NCBI GenBank assembly: GCA_027310185.1
Contig: DAIDBH010000018.1
Coordinates: 192,001 to 256,000, forward strand
Reading direction: 5' to 3'
Length of the DNA: 64,000 nt
DNA from: Thermoplasmatales archaeon
Lineage (GTDB): Archaea > Thermoplasmatota > Thermoplasmata > Thermoplasmatales > Thermoplasmataceae
Shown here: in pieces, positions 1 through 10,421 of the stretch
Position numbering within the stretch: position 1 is the first letter of the stretch
Layout: each line of letters starts with the position of its first letter
Program-made: the position numbers and the translations under genes
The notes under the pieces: model-generated
Databases searched by the model: none
What the model saw: the letters and a program-made list of their open reading frames with translations, nothing else
What the model was told of the DNA's origin: nothing

Positions 1-68
1 TCTGTGTCTTCAGCAAAATTTTCATCTATTGGTTTTGGTTTGTAATCCAGATCTTCGAGTTTTACCAC
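1..68 (-). CDS. zfx: Zinc-containing ferredoxin, 5' part (runs off window start)
   Basis: Not in the ORF track. The minus strand from GTG at 68 reads MVKLEDLDYKPKPIDENFAEDT, resembling the N-terminus of Thermoplasma acidophilum Zn-ferredoxin as I recall it (MVKLEELDFKPKPIDEHF). A GGTGAT SD lies just upstream; an alternative in-frame ATG is at 86. Confidence 0.75.
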   Translation of the reverse strand, partial: MVKLEDLDYKPKPIDENFAEDT

Positions 69-334
69 TTTATCACCTAAACCCATATTATTAGAATGTT
101 ATTTAACGTTTGTGAGCTATATTAATTTTGGGCAGGAAGTCATTGTGGATTCAATAAACTCGGGAGGAATCGGGAATTAAAAGCTACATAAATAAAACCA
201 TAAACACACTTATCCAGAGTTATTACATCAACATAGAAATAGCAAAACTAAAATCGCACTTTTCCTGATGCGTTTTGGATGATAACTATAAAAGATTGTT
301 GATATATTTTTAACTCATAATGTAATATGGGAAC

Positions 335-1351
335 ATGAAAGGATCCTCTGACAAGGTTTTAGACAGAAAAGGTATAGGGGAATTCGTCAGCACTCTTGTA
401 AGGCAACTCAAATATAGAAGGGATGATTTCAAGGTAATTGGCCCAAGCGGAGGATTTACATCTCTGATCGATCTTGGAAACATTGCGCTTGCTTTTAATA
501 CCGATGGGGTTGGAACCAAGGTTTTGTTAGCTGCAGAGGCAAATAAATGGGAAGGGATAGGCATAGATTGTGTGGCAATGAATGTTAATGATACAATAAC
601 AATTGGGGCAGAGCCAATCGCTATGGTGGATTATATATCGCTTAAGGACACCGATGTAAATATCGCAAAGGAAATTGGTGTGGGTCTCAATGTAGGCGCC
701 CAAATGGCAAACATTTCTATTGTTGGAGGTGAAACTGCCCTCATTCCAGATCTTGTAAGAGACATTGATGTTTCAGGCTCAGTGATCGGTATAGCTCAAA
801 AAAACCAGATAACTACGGGCGAAACAATAAAAGATGGGGATCTTGTATACAGTTTACAGAGTAGCGGCCTTCACTCAAATGGTTTTACAACTGTCAGGAA
901 AATTATAAAAGAACAGGGTCTAGGAATGGATGAAACATTTCCGGGGTACAACAGGAAAGTATCAGATGTTTTACTGGAACCAACCAGGATATATGTTAGA
1001 GAAATTCTTGATATAATCAATCTTGTTGATATAAAGGGTATGGCAAATATTACAGGAGGTGGCTTCAAGAACCTTGTGAGAATGAAGGATATGAAATATG
1101 TCATAGACGATCCCGTCGAGCCCCAACCAGTTTTCACCGGATTAATGGACCTTGGAAACCTGTCTTATTCTGAAATGTATGAAATTTTTAACATGGGAAC
1201 AGGTTACGTAGTTGTTATTGACGCCGACAGTAAGCATGATTTCGTAAGCACGCTAAGGAATCGTGTATCCATAAGGGAAATCGGGCACATAGAAAATGGA
1301 TCAGGCATTGAGATACCGAAATATGGTGTGAGCCTGAAGGATTACTATTAA
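335..1351 (+). CDS. purM: Phosphoribosylformylglycinamidine cyclo-ligase (AIR synthetase)
   Basis: TDGVGTK, DCVAMNVND, GGETA, SSGLHSNGF and FNMGTG motifs. Confidence 0.95.
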   Translation: MKGSSDKVLDRKGIGEFVSTLVRQLKYRRDDFKVIGPSGGFTSLIDLGNIALAFNTDGVGTKVLLAAEANKWEGIGIDCVAMNVNDTITIGAEPIAMVDYISLKDTDVNIAKEIGVGLNVGAQMANISIVGGETALIPDLVRDIDVSGSVIGIAQKNQITTGETIKDGDLVYSLQSSGLHSNGFTTVRKIIKEQGLGMDETFPGYNRKVSDVLLEPTRIYVREILDIINLVDIKGMANITGGGFKNLVRMKDMKYVIDDPVEPQPVFTGLMDLGNLSYSEMYEIFNMGTGYVVVIDADSKHDFVSTLRNRVSIREIGHIENGSGIEIPKYGVSLKDYY

Positions 1352-1367
1352 TTTCCCACCACTAATT

Positions 1368-2714
1368 TTAATCAATTGACTTTTCTCCTTCTCCAATGAA
1401 TTTTTTATAAACTGAAAGTGATTTCTCTCTCATTTCTTTGTATGTCAATTCCGGTCTTCTATACCTATTGCATTTCCCTTCATTCATATGTTCAGGGTCA
1501 TGGATGGATTCAACAGGGCAGTCACTCAATTCTTCAACCCATTTCCTGATGAATTTTCCTTCCGGATCTATTTCAGCGCCATTCTTCAATGGATTATAGA
1601 TCCTGAAGTATGCCCATGAAAAGTCAGAGCAGCCGCTGACCCATTGCCAGGATGAATAATTGTTCGCCTCGTCTGCGTCCACCAGAGTATCCATGAACCA
1701 TTCTGCACCATATGTCCATTTTATACGATCCAGCTTCGTCAGGAAATCAGATACTAATAGGCGCTTCCTGTTATCAATCCACCCTGTTTGCCAGAGTTTT
1801 CTCATGATGGCATCAATTATAGGGAAACCTGTTTTCCCCTCCTTCCAGTCGATCAGATCTTTCCATTGTCCAGACCATGGAAAACTGTCCATCCTTCTAT
1901 TTATTGATAATATGCCACTATCTGGCCTTCTCGCATAGGAACAATAGAAAAACTCTCTCCATAGAAGATTTCTTTTAATTATACCAACTTCCTCATCTTC
2001 GCCTCTGGAAATTATCCCCCAAAGGTTCCTGATATTTATCTGTCCATGCCTTATATAAGGAGAAAGTCCAGCACTTTCATTTTCCAGACCACCTTCCATC
2101 AACCTCTCAACAGCCATGCTTCCAGCCTCCTCACCAGTATTCCAGTATTTTGCCAAATTCCTTTCCCACGATGAAAATTCTATTTTCCTGTTTATGACAT
2201 TGGTCTCACTAAACTCAGGTAAATCTTCAGTATATCCCTCATCAAGATCAAATTTCATATCCATTGCAGATCTGTAGAACTGTTTGAAATTTTCAAAATT
2301 GATCTTCATATTCATAATCATTTCATCGGATAGCAGATTATTGGGTTGACACATCTTAGCTTCCACACCCCTGCTTATAAAATATTCATGAATTTCTCCA
2401 AAAGCATTTCTTACTCTAGCATAGGGCACGGACTGGGAAACTATTCTTTCAATTCTGTTAGTGACTATAATTTCTTTCAGAACGGGTATATAATCTCCCG
2501 AACTCTCAACAATGGGTATTCTCTCTATTCCAAATTTATGTGCCAGATCTATGAGACTGCTCTTTACCCACCAAAGGCTTGCTCCACTCAGTTTTTCAAT
2601 TTTCGGATCCTTTAGAAAAATTGGGAAGATTATGTCATTTCTTTCTGCTGCTTCTTCAAGAACCTTGTTATCATGTATCCTCAGGTCATGTGAGAGAATG
2701 TAAAGAGTACGCAC
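1368..2714 (-). CDS. phr: Deoxyribodipyrimidine photolyase / cryptochrome family protein
   Basis: N-terminal HDLRIHDN; LSPYIRHGQI, LLWREF, GKTGFPIIDA.MRKLWQTGW, WFMDTLVDAD.ANNYSSWQW and YFRIYNP FAD-binding motifs. Confidence 0.9.
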   Translation of the reverse strand: MRTLYILSHDLRIHDNKVLEEAAERNDIIFPIFLKDPKIEKLSGASLWWVKSSLIDLAHKFGIERIPIVESSGDYIPVLKEIIVTNRIERIVSQSVPYARVRNAFGEIHEYFISRGVEAKMCQPNNLLSDEMIMNMKINFENFKQFYRSAMDMKFDLDEGYTEDLPEFSETNVINRKIEFSSWERNLAKYWNTGEEAGSMAVERLMEGGLENESAGLSPYIRHGQINIRNLWGIISRGEDEEVGIIKRNLLWREFFYCSYARRPDSGILSINRRMDSFPWSGQWKDLIDWKEGKTGFPIIDAIMRKLWQTGWIDNRKRLLVSDFLTKLDRIKWTYGAEWFMDTLVDADEANNYSSWQWVSGCSDFSWAYFRIYNPLKNGAEIDPEGKFIRKWVEELSDCPVESIHDPEHMNEGKCNRYRRPELTYKEMREKSLSVYKKFIGEGEKSID

Positions 2715-2772
2715 ATTATGGTTATAAAGGAATGATTAATAAAGTTAATAAATCAATTTGGCATGGACATCT

Positions 2773-3123
2773 ATGAAGGTTATAGCAGTAGTCGACGAAG
2801 AAGACGTATTAACTCCTCTGGAGTATGGTAATACAATTGTGGAGATAGATACAGAGACAAAGCAGAAGAAATTCTATGAAAATCCCGGCTTCGGTTCTCC
2901 GTTTCAGGGAAAGGAACGAGCAATGGCTGGAATTCTGACACTTAACGCAGATGCAATTATCGTGAAGGAAGGTGTTCTCTGCCCAGGATCGTACATGATG
3001 TCCAAGGGAAAAATGAAATATATCCCGGTAGAAGAAGAGAAATTACAGGAGATTGAGCCAAAGCTCAACGATATTGCAAAGAAAGCAACTCCTGAACTTG
3101 ATTTCAATATATACAGGGAATAA
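2773..3123 (+). CDS. Hypothetical protein, NifB/NifX (FeMo-cofactor-binding)-like fold
   Basis: MKVIAV...ENPGF...ADAIIV...CPGSY pattern resembles NifX-like small proteins. Start moved to the ATG at 2773. Confidence 0.55.
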   Translation: MKVIAVVDEEDVLTPLEYGNTIVEIDTETKQKKFYENPGFGSPFQGKERAMAGILTLNADAIIVKEGVLCPGSYMMSKGKMKYIPVEEEKLQEIEPKLNDIAKKATPELDFNIYRE

Positions 3124-3188
3124 ATTTACCAAAAAATTCCTCAATTTTTTAAAAATTTCGCAGTTTTATGTATTTTTATAATAAATTG

Positions 3189-5876
3189 TTATAAGAGTTT
3201 CCTCATAACATTCTGAAGGATTCCTCCGTTGTTGAAATATTTTACTTCCACAGGAGTGTCAAGCCTTATTTCAACTTCAATTTTTCCAGCTTTTCCATCT
3301 TTCTTCATGAAGCTCAGTGTTGCATTTGCATGTGGAGATAGTTTTTCTGGCAACTTTAGATCAAACTCTGAAAATGGATCTATATTCAAAGATTCAAAAT
3401 TCTCCTTCTCTTTGAATTGAAGGGGAAGAACTCCCATTCCAACCAGGTTGCTTCTGTGGATTCTTTCATAATTCTCTGCGACAACTGCTTTTACGCCAAG
3501 AAGATATGGTCCCTTTGCTGCCCAATCTCTTGAGGAACCTGTGCCGTATTCTTTTCCTGCAAATACGATTGAGCCGTTTCCATCATTTACATAGTCCATG
3601 GATGCATCAAATATCCACACATCTTCTCCATCTTTCGCTTTCTTTGTATATGGGCCAACCTGCGATGCCATTTTATTGGAAATCCTGTTATTCCCAAATG
3701 TTCCCCGCATCATTACTTCGTGGTTTCCCCTTCTTGAGCCAAATGAATTGAAGTCTTCAGGTTTGACACCCTTTTCAACAAGATATTTTCCAGCGGGGCT
3801 ATTTTTTGATATGGAACCAGCTGGTGATATATGATCAGTAGTCACTGAATCTCCGAAGACAGCAAGACATTTGAGACCATTTATATCTCTTACATATTTT
3901 GGCAATTTCGATGAAAAGTTTTCGAAAAATGGAGGATTCTTGATATAAGTGCTCTTATCGTCCCACCTGTAAAGATCACCCTCTGGTGCATCCATTTCAT
4001 TCCACAACTCACTGAATCCATAGACATTGGAATAATTCTTCTGGTAAAGGTCTTCCTTCAGGACTTTTGAGATGACGCTGTTAATTTCTTCATCTGATGG
4101 CCATATATCTTTTAGAAATACGTCTTTCCCATTCTTATCTTTTCCAAGTGGCTCTTTCCTCATGTTTATATTTATGGTTCCAGCAAGTGCAAAGGCAACT
4201 ACCAGTGGAGGTGACATAAGATAATTTGCCTTCACGTTCCTGTGGATTCTTGCTTCAAAGTTTCTATTTCCTGATAGTACTGAAACTGTATAAAGGTCAT
4301 TATTAACAATTGCATCCTCAATGGGTTTTTCAAGTGGCCCACTGTTTCCAATGCAGGTTGTGCATCCGAAGCCAACGAGATCGAATCCAAGTTTGTTCAG
4401 ATATTGCTGAAGTCCGCTCTTTTCCAGATACTGGGATACTACTCTTGAGCCGGGTGCGAGACTGGTCTTTACTTTAGGATTTACCGCAAGGCCCAATTCA
4501 AATGCCTTCCTGGCCAGTAATCCTGCACCAACCATAACTCTCGGATTGGAGGTGTTTGTGCAACTTGTGATTGCTGCAATTACTACGTCACCGTCCGTCA
4601 GATCAACTTTTTTTCCCTTAAGCTGAATGGATGCAGTTTTCAAAGATACCTGAACCTGCCCATTCTTTCCATCCTTATGAGACTCACCCGATGTCTCAAG
4701 AAACTTAAGGAATGACTTTTCAGAATCCTCAAGTTTTACCATCTGCTGGGGAAGCTTTGGTCCCGCAATGGTGCTTTCAATCTGTTCAAGATCAAGATCA
4801 ATTACTTCTGAATACTGGATGTTGTTCTGCACACCATACATTCCCTGGGCCTTCATGTACTCCTTTACAAGATTTATGTGTTCCTTTTCTCTTCCCGTCA
4901 GTTCAAGGTATGAGATTGTTTCATCATCCACTGGAAATAGTGCGCATGTTGCACCATATTCTGGGCACATATTAGATAAGGTTGCCCTGTCAGGAAGAGC
5001 GAGGTGTTTGACACCTTCTCCGTAAAACTCAACAAACTTTCCAACAACATTGCTTCTTCTAAGTAACTCAGTCAGTGTTAGTACAACATCTGTTGCAGTG
5101 ACCCCTTCCTTTGGCTTCCCATGCAGATTAACACCAACCACTTTTGGTGACAGGAAAGTTACTGGCTGGCCAAGCATCGCTGCTTCTGCTTCAATACCAC
5201 CAACACCCCATCCAAGGATTCCAAGACCATTAATCATTGTGGTGTGTGAATCTGTTCCAACCAGGGAATCAAAGTATGCTGTCATTTTACCATCTTTCTC
5301 CGAGACCTGTACAACTTTTCCAAGAAACTCAAGATTTACCTGATGTACTATACCCGTAGAGGGTGGAACTATCCTCAAATTCTTCATGGATTTCTGTGCC
5401 CACTTCAGGAATCTGTATCTTTCCTTATTCCTTTCAAATTCCTTTTCTGAATTCTTCTTGAGGGCATCTTCTGTACCATAATAGTCTACCTGTACTGAAT
5501 GATCTATCACAAGGTCCACCGGTACTATCGGTTCTATCTTCTCCGGGTCCTCTCCAAGCTTCTTAAAGGCTTCTCTCATAGAAGCAAGGTCCACAACTGC
5601 AGGAACGCCGGTAAAATCCTGCATCAAGACTCTTGCCACCGTGAATGGTATCTCAAAGTCACCGGGATTCGTTGGAGTCCTTGAAAATATGTTCTTCAAA
5701 TCCTCCTCTCTTATGGTTTCACCGTCAAAATTTCTCACCATTGCTTCCATGATGATTCTAATGCTCATCGGTACCCTATCTATATTTGGAACTTCTTTTA
5801 TGAGCTTTTTCAGTGATACAATACTGTATTTTTTATTGCCAACTTCTATCTGATCATAAAATTCTTCCTTCTTCAT
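3189..5876 (-). CDS. acnA: Aconitate hydratase AcnA
   Basis: QDFTGVP, DHSVQVD, GTDSHTT, ITSCTNTSNP, GCTTCIGNSG and GSSRDWAAKG motifs. ATG at 5876 preferred over the upstream TTG. Confidence 0.97.
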   Translation of the reverse strand: MKKEEFYDQIEVGNKKYSIVSLKKLIKEVPNIDRVPMSIRIIMEAMVRNFDGETIREEDLKNIFSRTPTNPGDFEIPFTVARVLMQDFTGVPAVVDLASMREAFKKLGEDPEKIEPIVPVDLVIDHSVQVDYYGTEDALKKNSEKEFERNKERYRFLKWAQKSMKNLRIVPPSTGIVHQVNLEFLGKVVQVSEKDGKMTAYFDSLVGTDSHTTMINGLGILGWGVGGIEAEAAMLGQPVTFLSPKVVGVNLHGKPKEGVTATDVVLTLTELLRRSNVVGKFVEFYGEGVKHLALPDRATLSNMCPEYGATCALFPVDDETISYLELTGREKEHINLVKEYMKAQGMYGVQNNIQYSEVIDLDLEQIESTIAGPKLPQQMVKLEDSEKSFLKFLETSGESHKDGKNGQVQVSLKTASIQLKGKKVDLTDGDVVIAAITSCTNTSNPRVMVGAGLLARKAFELGLAVNPKVKTSLAPGSRVVSQYLEKSGLQQYLNKLGFDLVGFGCTTCIGNSGPLEKPIEDAIVNNDLYTVSVLSGNRNFEARIHRNVKANYLMSPPLVVAFALAGTININMRKEPLGKDKNGKDVFLKDIWPSDEEINSVISKVLKEDLYQKNYSNVYGFSELWNEMDAPEGDLYRWDDKSTYIKNPPFFENFSSKLPKYVRDINGLKCLAVFGDSVTTDHISPAGSISKNSPAGKYLVEKGVKPEDFNSFGSRRGNHEVMMRGTFGNNRISNKMASQVGPYTKKAKDGEDVWIFDASMDYVNDGNGSIVFAGKEYGTGSSRDWAAKGPYLLGVKAVVAENYERIHRSNLVGMGVLPLQFKEKENFESLNIDPFSEFDLKLPEKLSPHANATLSFMKKDGKAGKIEVEIRLDTPVEVKYFNNGGILQNVMRKLL

Positions 5877-6025
5877 ATATCTATATGGCAAACTCAATTA
5901 TAAGTTTTGAAACTATTTTAAATACCACATTAATGTTTTAAAAATAACGTGGATCAAACAATCCACAAATTTGTAACTATTATAAACAAAGTGCAGGTTA
6001 AAATAATAAATCATTCTTAGCCCAT

Positions 6026-9000
6026 ATGGAAAATTATATTCTACAACCGGATATTCACGAGAACAAGTTATGCTTCGTTTCTGAAGATGACCTGTTTATC
6101 AGTAACATGGATGGCGGTAATTCAAGAAGGATCGTTTCTGGACTGGGAGTTATCAGCAATCCTAGATTCTCTGAAGATGGTAGACACATAGCTTTCAGGC
6201 TAATGAGAGGAGTACATAACGGAGTGAATGAAATTTTTGTATGTGACTCTGAAGGAGGATCATTGATACAGATGACTCATATAGGATCACCGGCAACTGG
6301 AATCGCAGGATGGATAGATTCTAGCAATATCATGATTTATTCAGATATCTATGAGCCTACACGTGGAATAACCGAGTTCTATTCCATCAACCTCAAAACC
6401 AGAAAAATGGAAAAGACAGAGTATGGATATGGAAACACGATACAGTTCTCTGGAAAAGGTATATTGCTTGGAAGAAACACCATGGAAGTGCCATACTGGA
6501 AAAACTACAGAGGAGGAACCAGAGGCAAAGTATGGTTCAGATTAAAGGGAAGCAAGAAATTTGAAAAACTGCTGGATATTGAGACAAACATTCATTCTCC
6601 AGTTGTACTGGGAACAAAATTATATTTCGTTACCGACAGGGATGGTACAGCAAATGTGTATGTATATGATTTTTCAGAAAAGAAAATCGAGAAGCTTTCA
6701 GATTTCAGGGAACACGATGTTAGGCCCATGAACGGTCACGGGACTAATCTTGTATTTACTGTTGCTGGTGAACTGTATGTATTCAACGTTATAGAAGGAA
6801 AGGCGCGAAAAATCCCTATCAAGATAGATTCCAGATTCACAGAAAAAAATTATGAATTCAACAGTGTTTCAGAGAGTATAGAGAGGATACGCCTTTTTGA
6901 TGAAGAAAATATTTCTATTGTATCACGAGGAAGAGGAATTCTCAAGGGGAAATATATGAATGCTCCTGTAACTCTAAACGCAACCTTCCACGGAAGAATA
7001 AGAAGAGTAGAAAGAATGGACGGTGACAGGTTTGCAACTGTACAGGAGATCAATGGGGAAGACGGTATAGTTATTTACAGGAGAAATGGGAAGGAAGAAA
7101 AATCAGTTCCACTGGATATGGGAATTATAATGAATATGAAAATAGTAGCAGGGTCAGATAATGTTGTCATATCCAACAACAGGCACGAGCTTTACATGGT
7201 TGATCTGAATACAGCGTCAAAAAATCTCATAGACAGGAGTCCAGGAGGCAGATTGAGTGACTTTGATATCAGCAGGGATGGGAAACTGGTTGCATATTCA
7301 TTTGGACTCACTTCAGGTCGATCACAGATCAGAATTTATTCCATAGAAGAAAAGAAGGTATATGAGGCCACGTCAACTTCAGCAGCTGATTTCTCCCCAT
7401 CCTTTGACACTTCAGGAATGTTTCTCAGCTATCTCACAAACAGGGCACTTGATCCCACCTATGACAATCTTATATTTGATCTTGGCTTCATGACAATATT
7501 CAAGCCCTACTGTATAGCTCTAAAGAAGGGAGGGCAAAATCCATTTCTTGGCATCCCGCCAAAATTCTCAAAGGAAGATACTGAACTCCCCTACGAGCTT
7601 GAAGATCTTAAAATGAAGTCTCAGTCTTTTCCCATTGATGCAGATAACTATGGTGAGCTTCAGGCAGGGAATTCAGTCGTATTCTACACAAGAACCAAAA
7701 TCGAAGGTTCAACAAAGCATTATAGCCTCGGAGGGCAGGCCCAGAGAAAATGGACTCTTCTCTGCTATGATTTCACAAAGAGAGAAGAAAGAGTGGTGAT
7801 CGATGGGATCAGTTCATTCAGCCTATCTGACGATAGAAAGAAAATTCTTGTGGCGAGAAACGGGGATTATTTCATCATAAATTCTGATTCCACAGCAGAT
7901 AATCACAAGGATCTTGAGAAGGGCAAAGTAGATCTTGCATTACTAAACATTAGGAGAGATCGGAAGGAAGAATTCAGGCAGATGCTCAATGAAACCTGGA
8001 AACTCATGAGGGAAGGGTACTGGAACAGTGAAAAATTATCTGGCTGGAGCAATGTGAGAAAGAAATACGAAAAGCTTCTGTCAAAGGTTAATACAAGAGC
8101 TGAACTTTCTGATATTCTTAAGAAGATGCAGGGCGAACTCGGGACATCCCATTCCTATGAGATAGGTGGAGATCTGACAAATATTGACTATTACCCATCT
8201 GGCAGGCTCGGTGCATTCACCGAAGAAACTGAAGAGGGGGCATATATAAGAAAGATTTATTGCGGGGACCCATCGAACGAAGGGGAGAAATCTCCACTAA
8301 TGACCACAGGTATTGAAATACATGAGGGAGATCTTATAAAAAAGATAGATGGCATGGACATCAACCAGGATTACGGTGTGTTTGAGGCACTGCTTAACAA
8401 GAAGGAAGATACTGTAAGTATTGTGGTTTCGGGAAAGGATGATAAGGAGAGGGAATATGGAATTAAGCTTCTGAGCAACCACAGGAATCTTATTTACAGG
8501 GATTGGGTGGAAAGCAAGAAAAAGTATGTTCATGAAAAGAGCAGGGGAAAGGCAGGGTACATACACATTCCGGATATGGGTCCAGCTGGGTTTACTGAAT
8601 TTTACAGGTTATTTTCAGAGGAAACTACTTATGAGAACCTTGTCGTTGACGTACGATATAACGGAGGAGGACACGTTTCCCAGCTCATCCTGGATAAACT
8701 CGGGCGTAAATTTCTTGGAAAGGATATCTCCAGATTCGGGGAACCTGAACCCTATCCAAGCTATAGCATCAAGGGAAAGATGGTATGTGTTACGAACGAG
8801 TATGCAGGTTCTGATGGGGACATATTCAGTCACGCGTTCAAGTTGATGAATCTAGGTGAACTTGTCGGAACAAGAACATGGGGGGGTGTTATAGGAATCA
8901 ACCCTATGACAAGGCTCATAGATGGAACGGTTGTTACGCAGCCTGAATACGCCTTCAGCTTTATTGATGTAGGACTTGGAGTGGAAAATTACGGAACGGA

Positions 9001-9088
9001 TCCAACAATAGAGGTTGAAGTTTCTCCAGAAGAATTTGCTTCAGGTAAAGACCCACAACTGGATATGGCCCTTAAAGTAATTCTATAA
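6026..9088 (+). CDS. tri: Tricorn protease (S41 family)
   Basis: 1020 aa with beta-propeller repeats, PYWKNYRGGTRG, TSHSY, a PDZ region, DVRYNGGG, catalytic GSDGD and RTWGGV. Confidence 0.95.
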   Translation: MENYILQPDIHENKLCFVSEDDLFISNMDGGNSRRIVSGLGVISNPRFSEDGRHIAFRLMRGVHNGVNEIFVCDSEGGSLIQMTHIGSPATGIAGWIDSSNIMIYSDIYEPTRGITEFYSINLKTRKMEKTEYGYGNTIQFSGKGILLGRNTMEVPYWKNYRGGTRGKVWFRLKGSKKFEKLLDIETNIHSPVVLGTKLYFVTDRDGTANVYVYDFSEKKIEKLSDFREHDVRPMNGHGTNLVFTVAGELYVFNVIEGKARKIPIKIDSRFTEKNYEFNSVSESIERIRLFDEENISIVSRGRGILKGKYMNAPVTLNATFHGRIRRVERMDGDRFATVQEINGEDGIVIYRRNGKEEKSVPLDMGIIMNMKIVAGSDNVVISNNRHELYMVDLNTASKNLIDRSPGGRLSDFDISRDGKLVAYSFGLTSGRSQIRIYSIEEKKVYEATSTSAADFSPSFDTSGMFLSYLTNRALDPTYDNLIFDLGFMTIFKPYCIALKKGGQNPFLGIPPKFSKEDTELPYELEDLKMKSQSFPIDADNYGELQAGNSVVFYTRTKIEGSTKHYSLGGQAQRKWTLLCYDFTKREERVVIDGISSFSLSDDRKKILVARNGDYFIINSDSTADNHKDLEKGKVDLALLNIRRDRKEEFRQMLNETWKLMREGYWNSEKLSGWSNVRKKYEKLLSKVNTRAELSDILKKMQGELGTSHSYEIGGDLTNIDYYPSGRLGAFTEETEEGAYIRKIYCGDPSNEGEKSPLMTTGIEIHEGDLIKKIDGMDINQDYGVFEALLNKKEDTVSIVVSGKDDKEREYGIKLLSNHRNLIYRDWVESKKKYVHEKSRGKAGYIHIPDMGPAGFTEFYRLFSEETTYENLVVDVRYNGGGHVSQLILDKLGRKFLGKDISRFGEPEPYPSYSIKGKMVCVTNEYAGSDGDIFSHAFKLMNLGELVGTRTWGGVIGINPMTRLIDGTVVTQPEYAFSFIDVGLGVENYGTDPTIEVEVSPEEFASGKDPQLDMALKVIL

Positions 9089-9190
9089 ATAAAAAGGAAA
9101 ACATAATTTTTTATTAAAAACATCAAATTTTACTAATTCCCACGTTTCCTTTAGGATAACCTTTTATTCCCCTGATAACATATTGTTTTG

Positions 9191-10057
9191 ATGATATCAG
9201 ATCAGGCGACACAGGACACAGTGAATCAGATCAGGAACATTATGATATCTGAAAGAAGGAGCCCCAGGACAGTGAAGCAATATTCATTCCTTCTTGAAGT
9301 TTTCCTGGAATTCATCAGGAAACCACTGGAAGAATGTGATTCCAGTGATATAGAGAAATATAAATTCTACCTGGCCACAGAAAGAAATTATTCCAAGAAC
9401 AGCCAGTATCTTGCGGTTCAGGCACTGAAGTATGCCATGAAGGTGAAGGATATAAAAATTCCAAAGAATCTGACACCACCTAAGAGATCAAGAAAAATGC
9501 CGGTTTACCTCAGCCAGAGCGAATCTTCAAGACTGTTGAAGGAAAGCAGCAAAAGTCAGAGAGATTTTACAATAGTTAATCTACTTTTAAACTCAGGGCT
9601 CAGGGTTAGTGAACTGTGTAATCTGAAAACTGAAGATATAGAATTCGACACAGGAAAGATAATAATACATGGTGGGAAGGGAGATAAGGAAAGAATTGCC
9701 CTAGTTTCTGACAAGGTAATGGAATCATTGAAACAGTATTTTAAATCCAGGCTGGGCAGGAATGTAGACTCTCCATATTTCTTCACCAGCAACAAGGGGG
9801 GAATGTTCCACACGTCAACAATCGAGAAGATAGTAAGGGATATTGCCAGGGAAGCTGGCATCAACAGAAAGGTAACACCACATACACTTAGACATACGTT
9901 TGCAACAAATATTCTCAAGAATGGAGGAGATATAAGATTCATACAGACACTTCTGGGTCATTCCAGCATAAGTACCACTGAAATATATACGCATCTTGAC
10001 AGTGATACCATGAGAGAAATGTTTAAGAAATTCGGGCCAAAATACTATGAAGAATAA
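9191..10057 (+). CDS. xerA: Tyrosine recombinase XerA
   Basis: GLRVSEL, GKGDKER, HTLRHTFAT and LLGHSSISTTEIYTH give a complete R-K-H-R-H-Y set; no mobile-element cargo nearby. Confidence 0.9.
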   Translation: MISDQATQDTVNQIRNIMISERRSPRTVKQYSFLLEVFLEFIRKPLEECDSSDIEKYKFYLATERNYSKNSQYLAVQALKYAMKVKDIKIPKNLTPPKRSRKMPVYLSQSESSRLLKESSKSQRDFTIVNLLLNSGLRVSELCNLKTEDIEFDTGKIIIHGGKGDKERIALVSDKVMESLKQYFKSRLGRNVDSPYFFTSNKGGMFHTSTIEKIVRDIAREAGINRKVTPHTLRHTFATNILKNGGDIRFIQTLLGHSSISTTEIYTHLDSDTMREMFKKFGPKYYEE

Positions 10058-10107
10058 ACAATGTATTTTCTAATTAACAAGCTGGGATTAAAAATTGGAA
10101 ATAAAAT

Positions 10108-10317
10108 TTATTGTTTTGGATAGAATGATTCTACCTTGGTTCTGTTTCCCTCGTGATCATACATGAAGACCCCTTCTTTCTCGTCCAGGGTTTTCTTGTG
10201 AGAACCGTCACAGTATGGCTTATTCCCTGACAATCCGCATGCACATATATGCAGTTCCTGATCTCCGGCCTTTATCACATATGGTCTGTCTTTTTCGTGT
10301 AACACTATTCTTGACAT
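10108..10317 (-). CDS. CDGSH iron-sulfur domain protein
   Basis: CACGLSGNKPYCDGSH motif. Confidence 0.92.
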   Translation of the reverse strand: MSRIVLHEKDRPYVIKAGDQELHICACGLSGNKPYCDGSHKKTLDEKEGVFMYDHEGNRTKVESFYPKQ

Positions 10318-10421
10318 ATCTATCTATTAATCATACCAATTAATTACTAAAGGGTTTTCATTTTTTCAAATGTAGATACTCCGTGGGTAATTTTCTGGTT
10401 TATTATAGGTGAAAATATCTC

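Noticed and set aside
9141-9190. Possible dif site upstream of xerA (GGATAA-CCTT-TTATTC)
   Set aside because: The arms are short and imperfect and the spacer is 4 bp rather than the 11-6-11 dif layout; more likely promoter sequence
9191-10057. Tyrosine recombinase as integrase of a provirus or island
   Set aside because: Flanked by housekeeping genes, with no att repeats, tRNA or cargo seen; size and motifs fit chromosomal XerA
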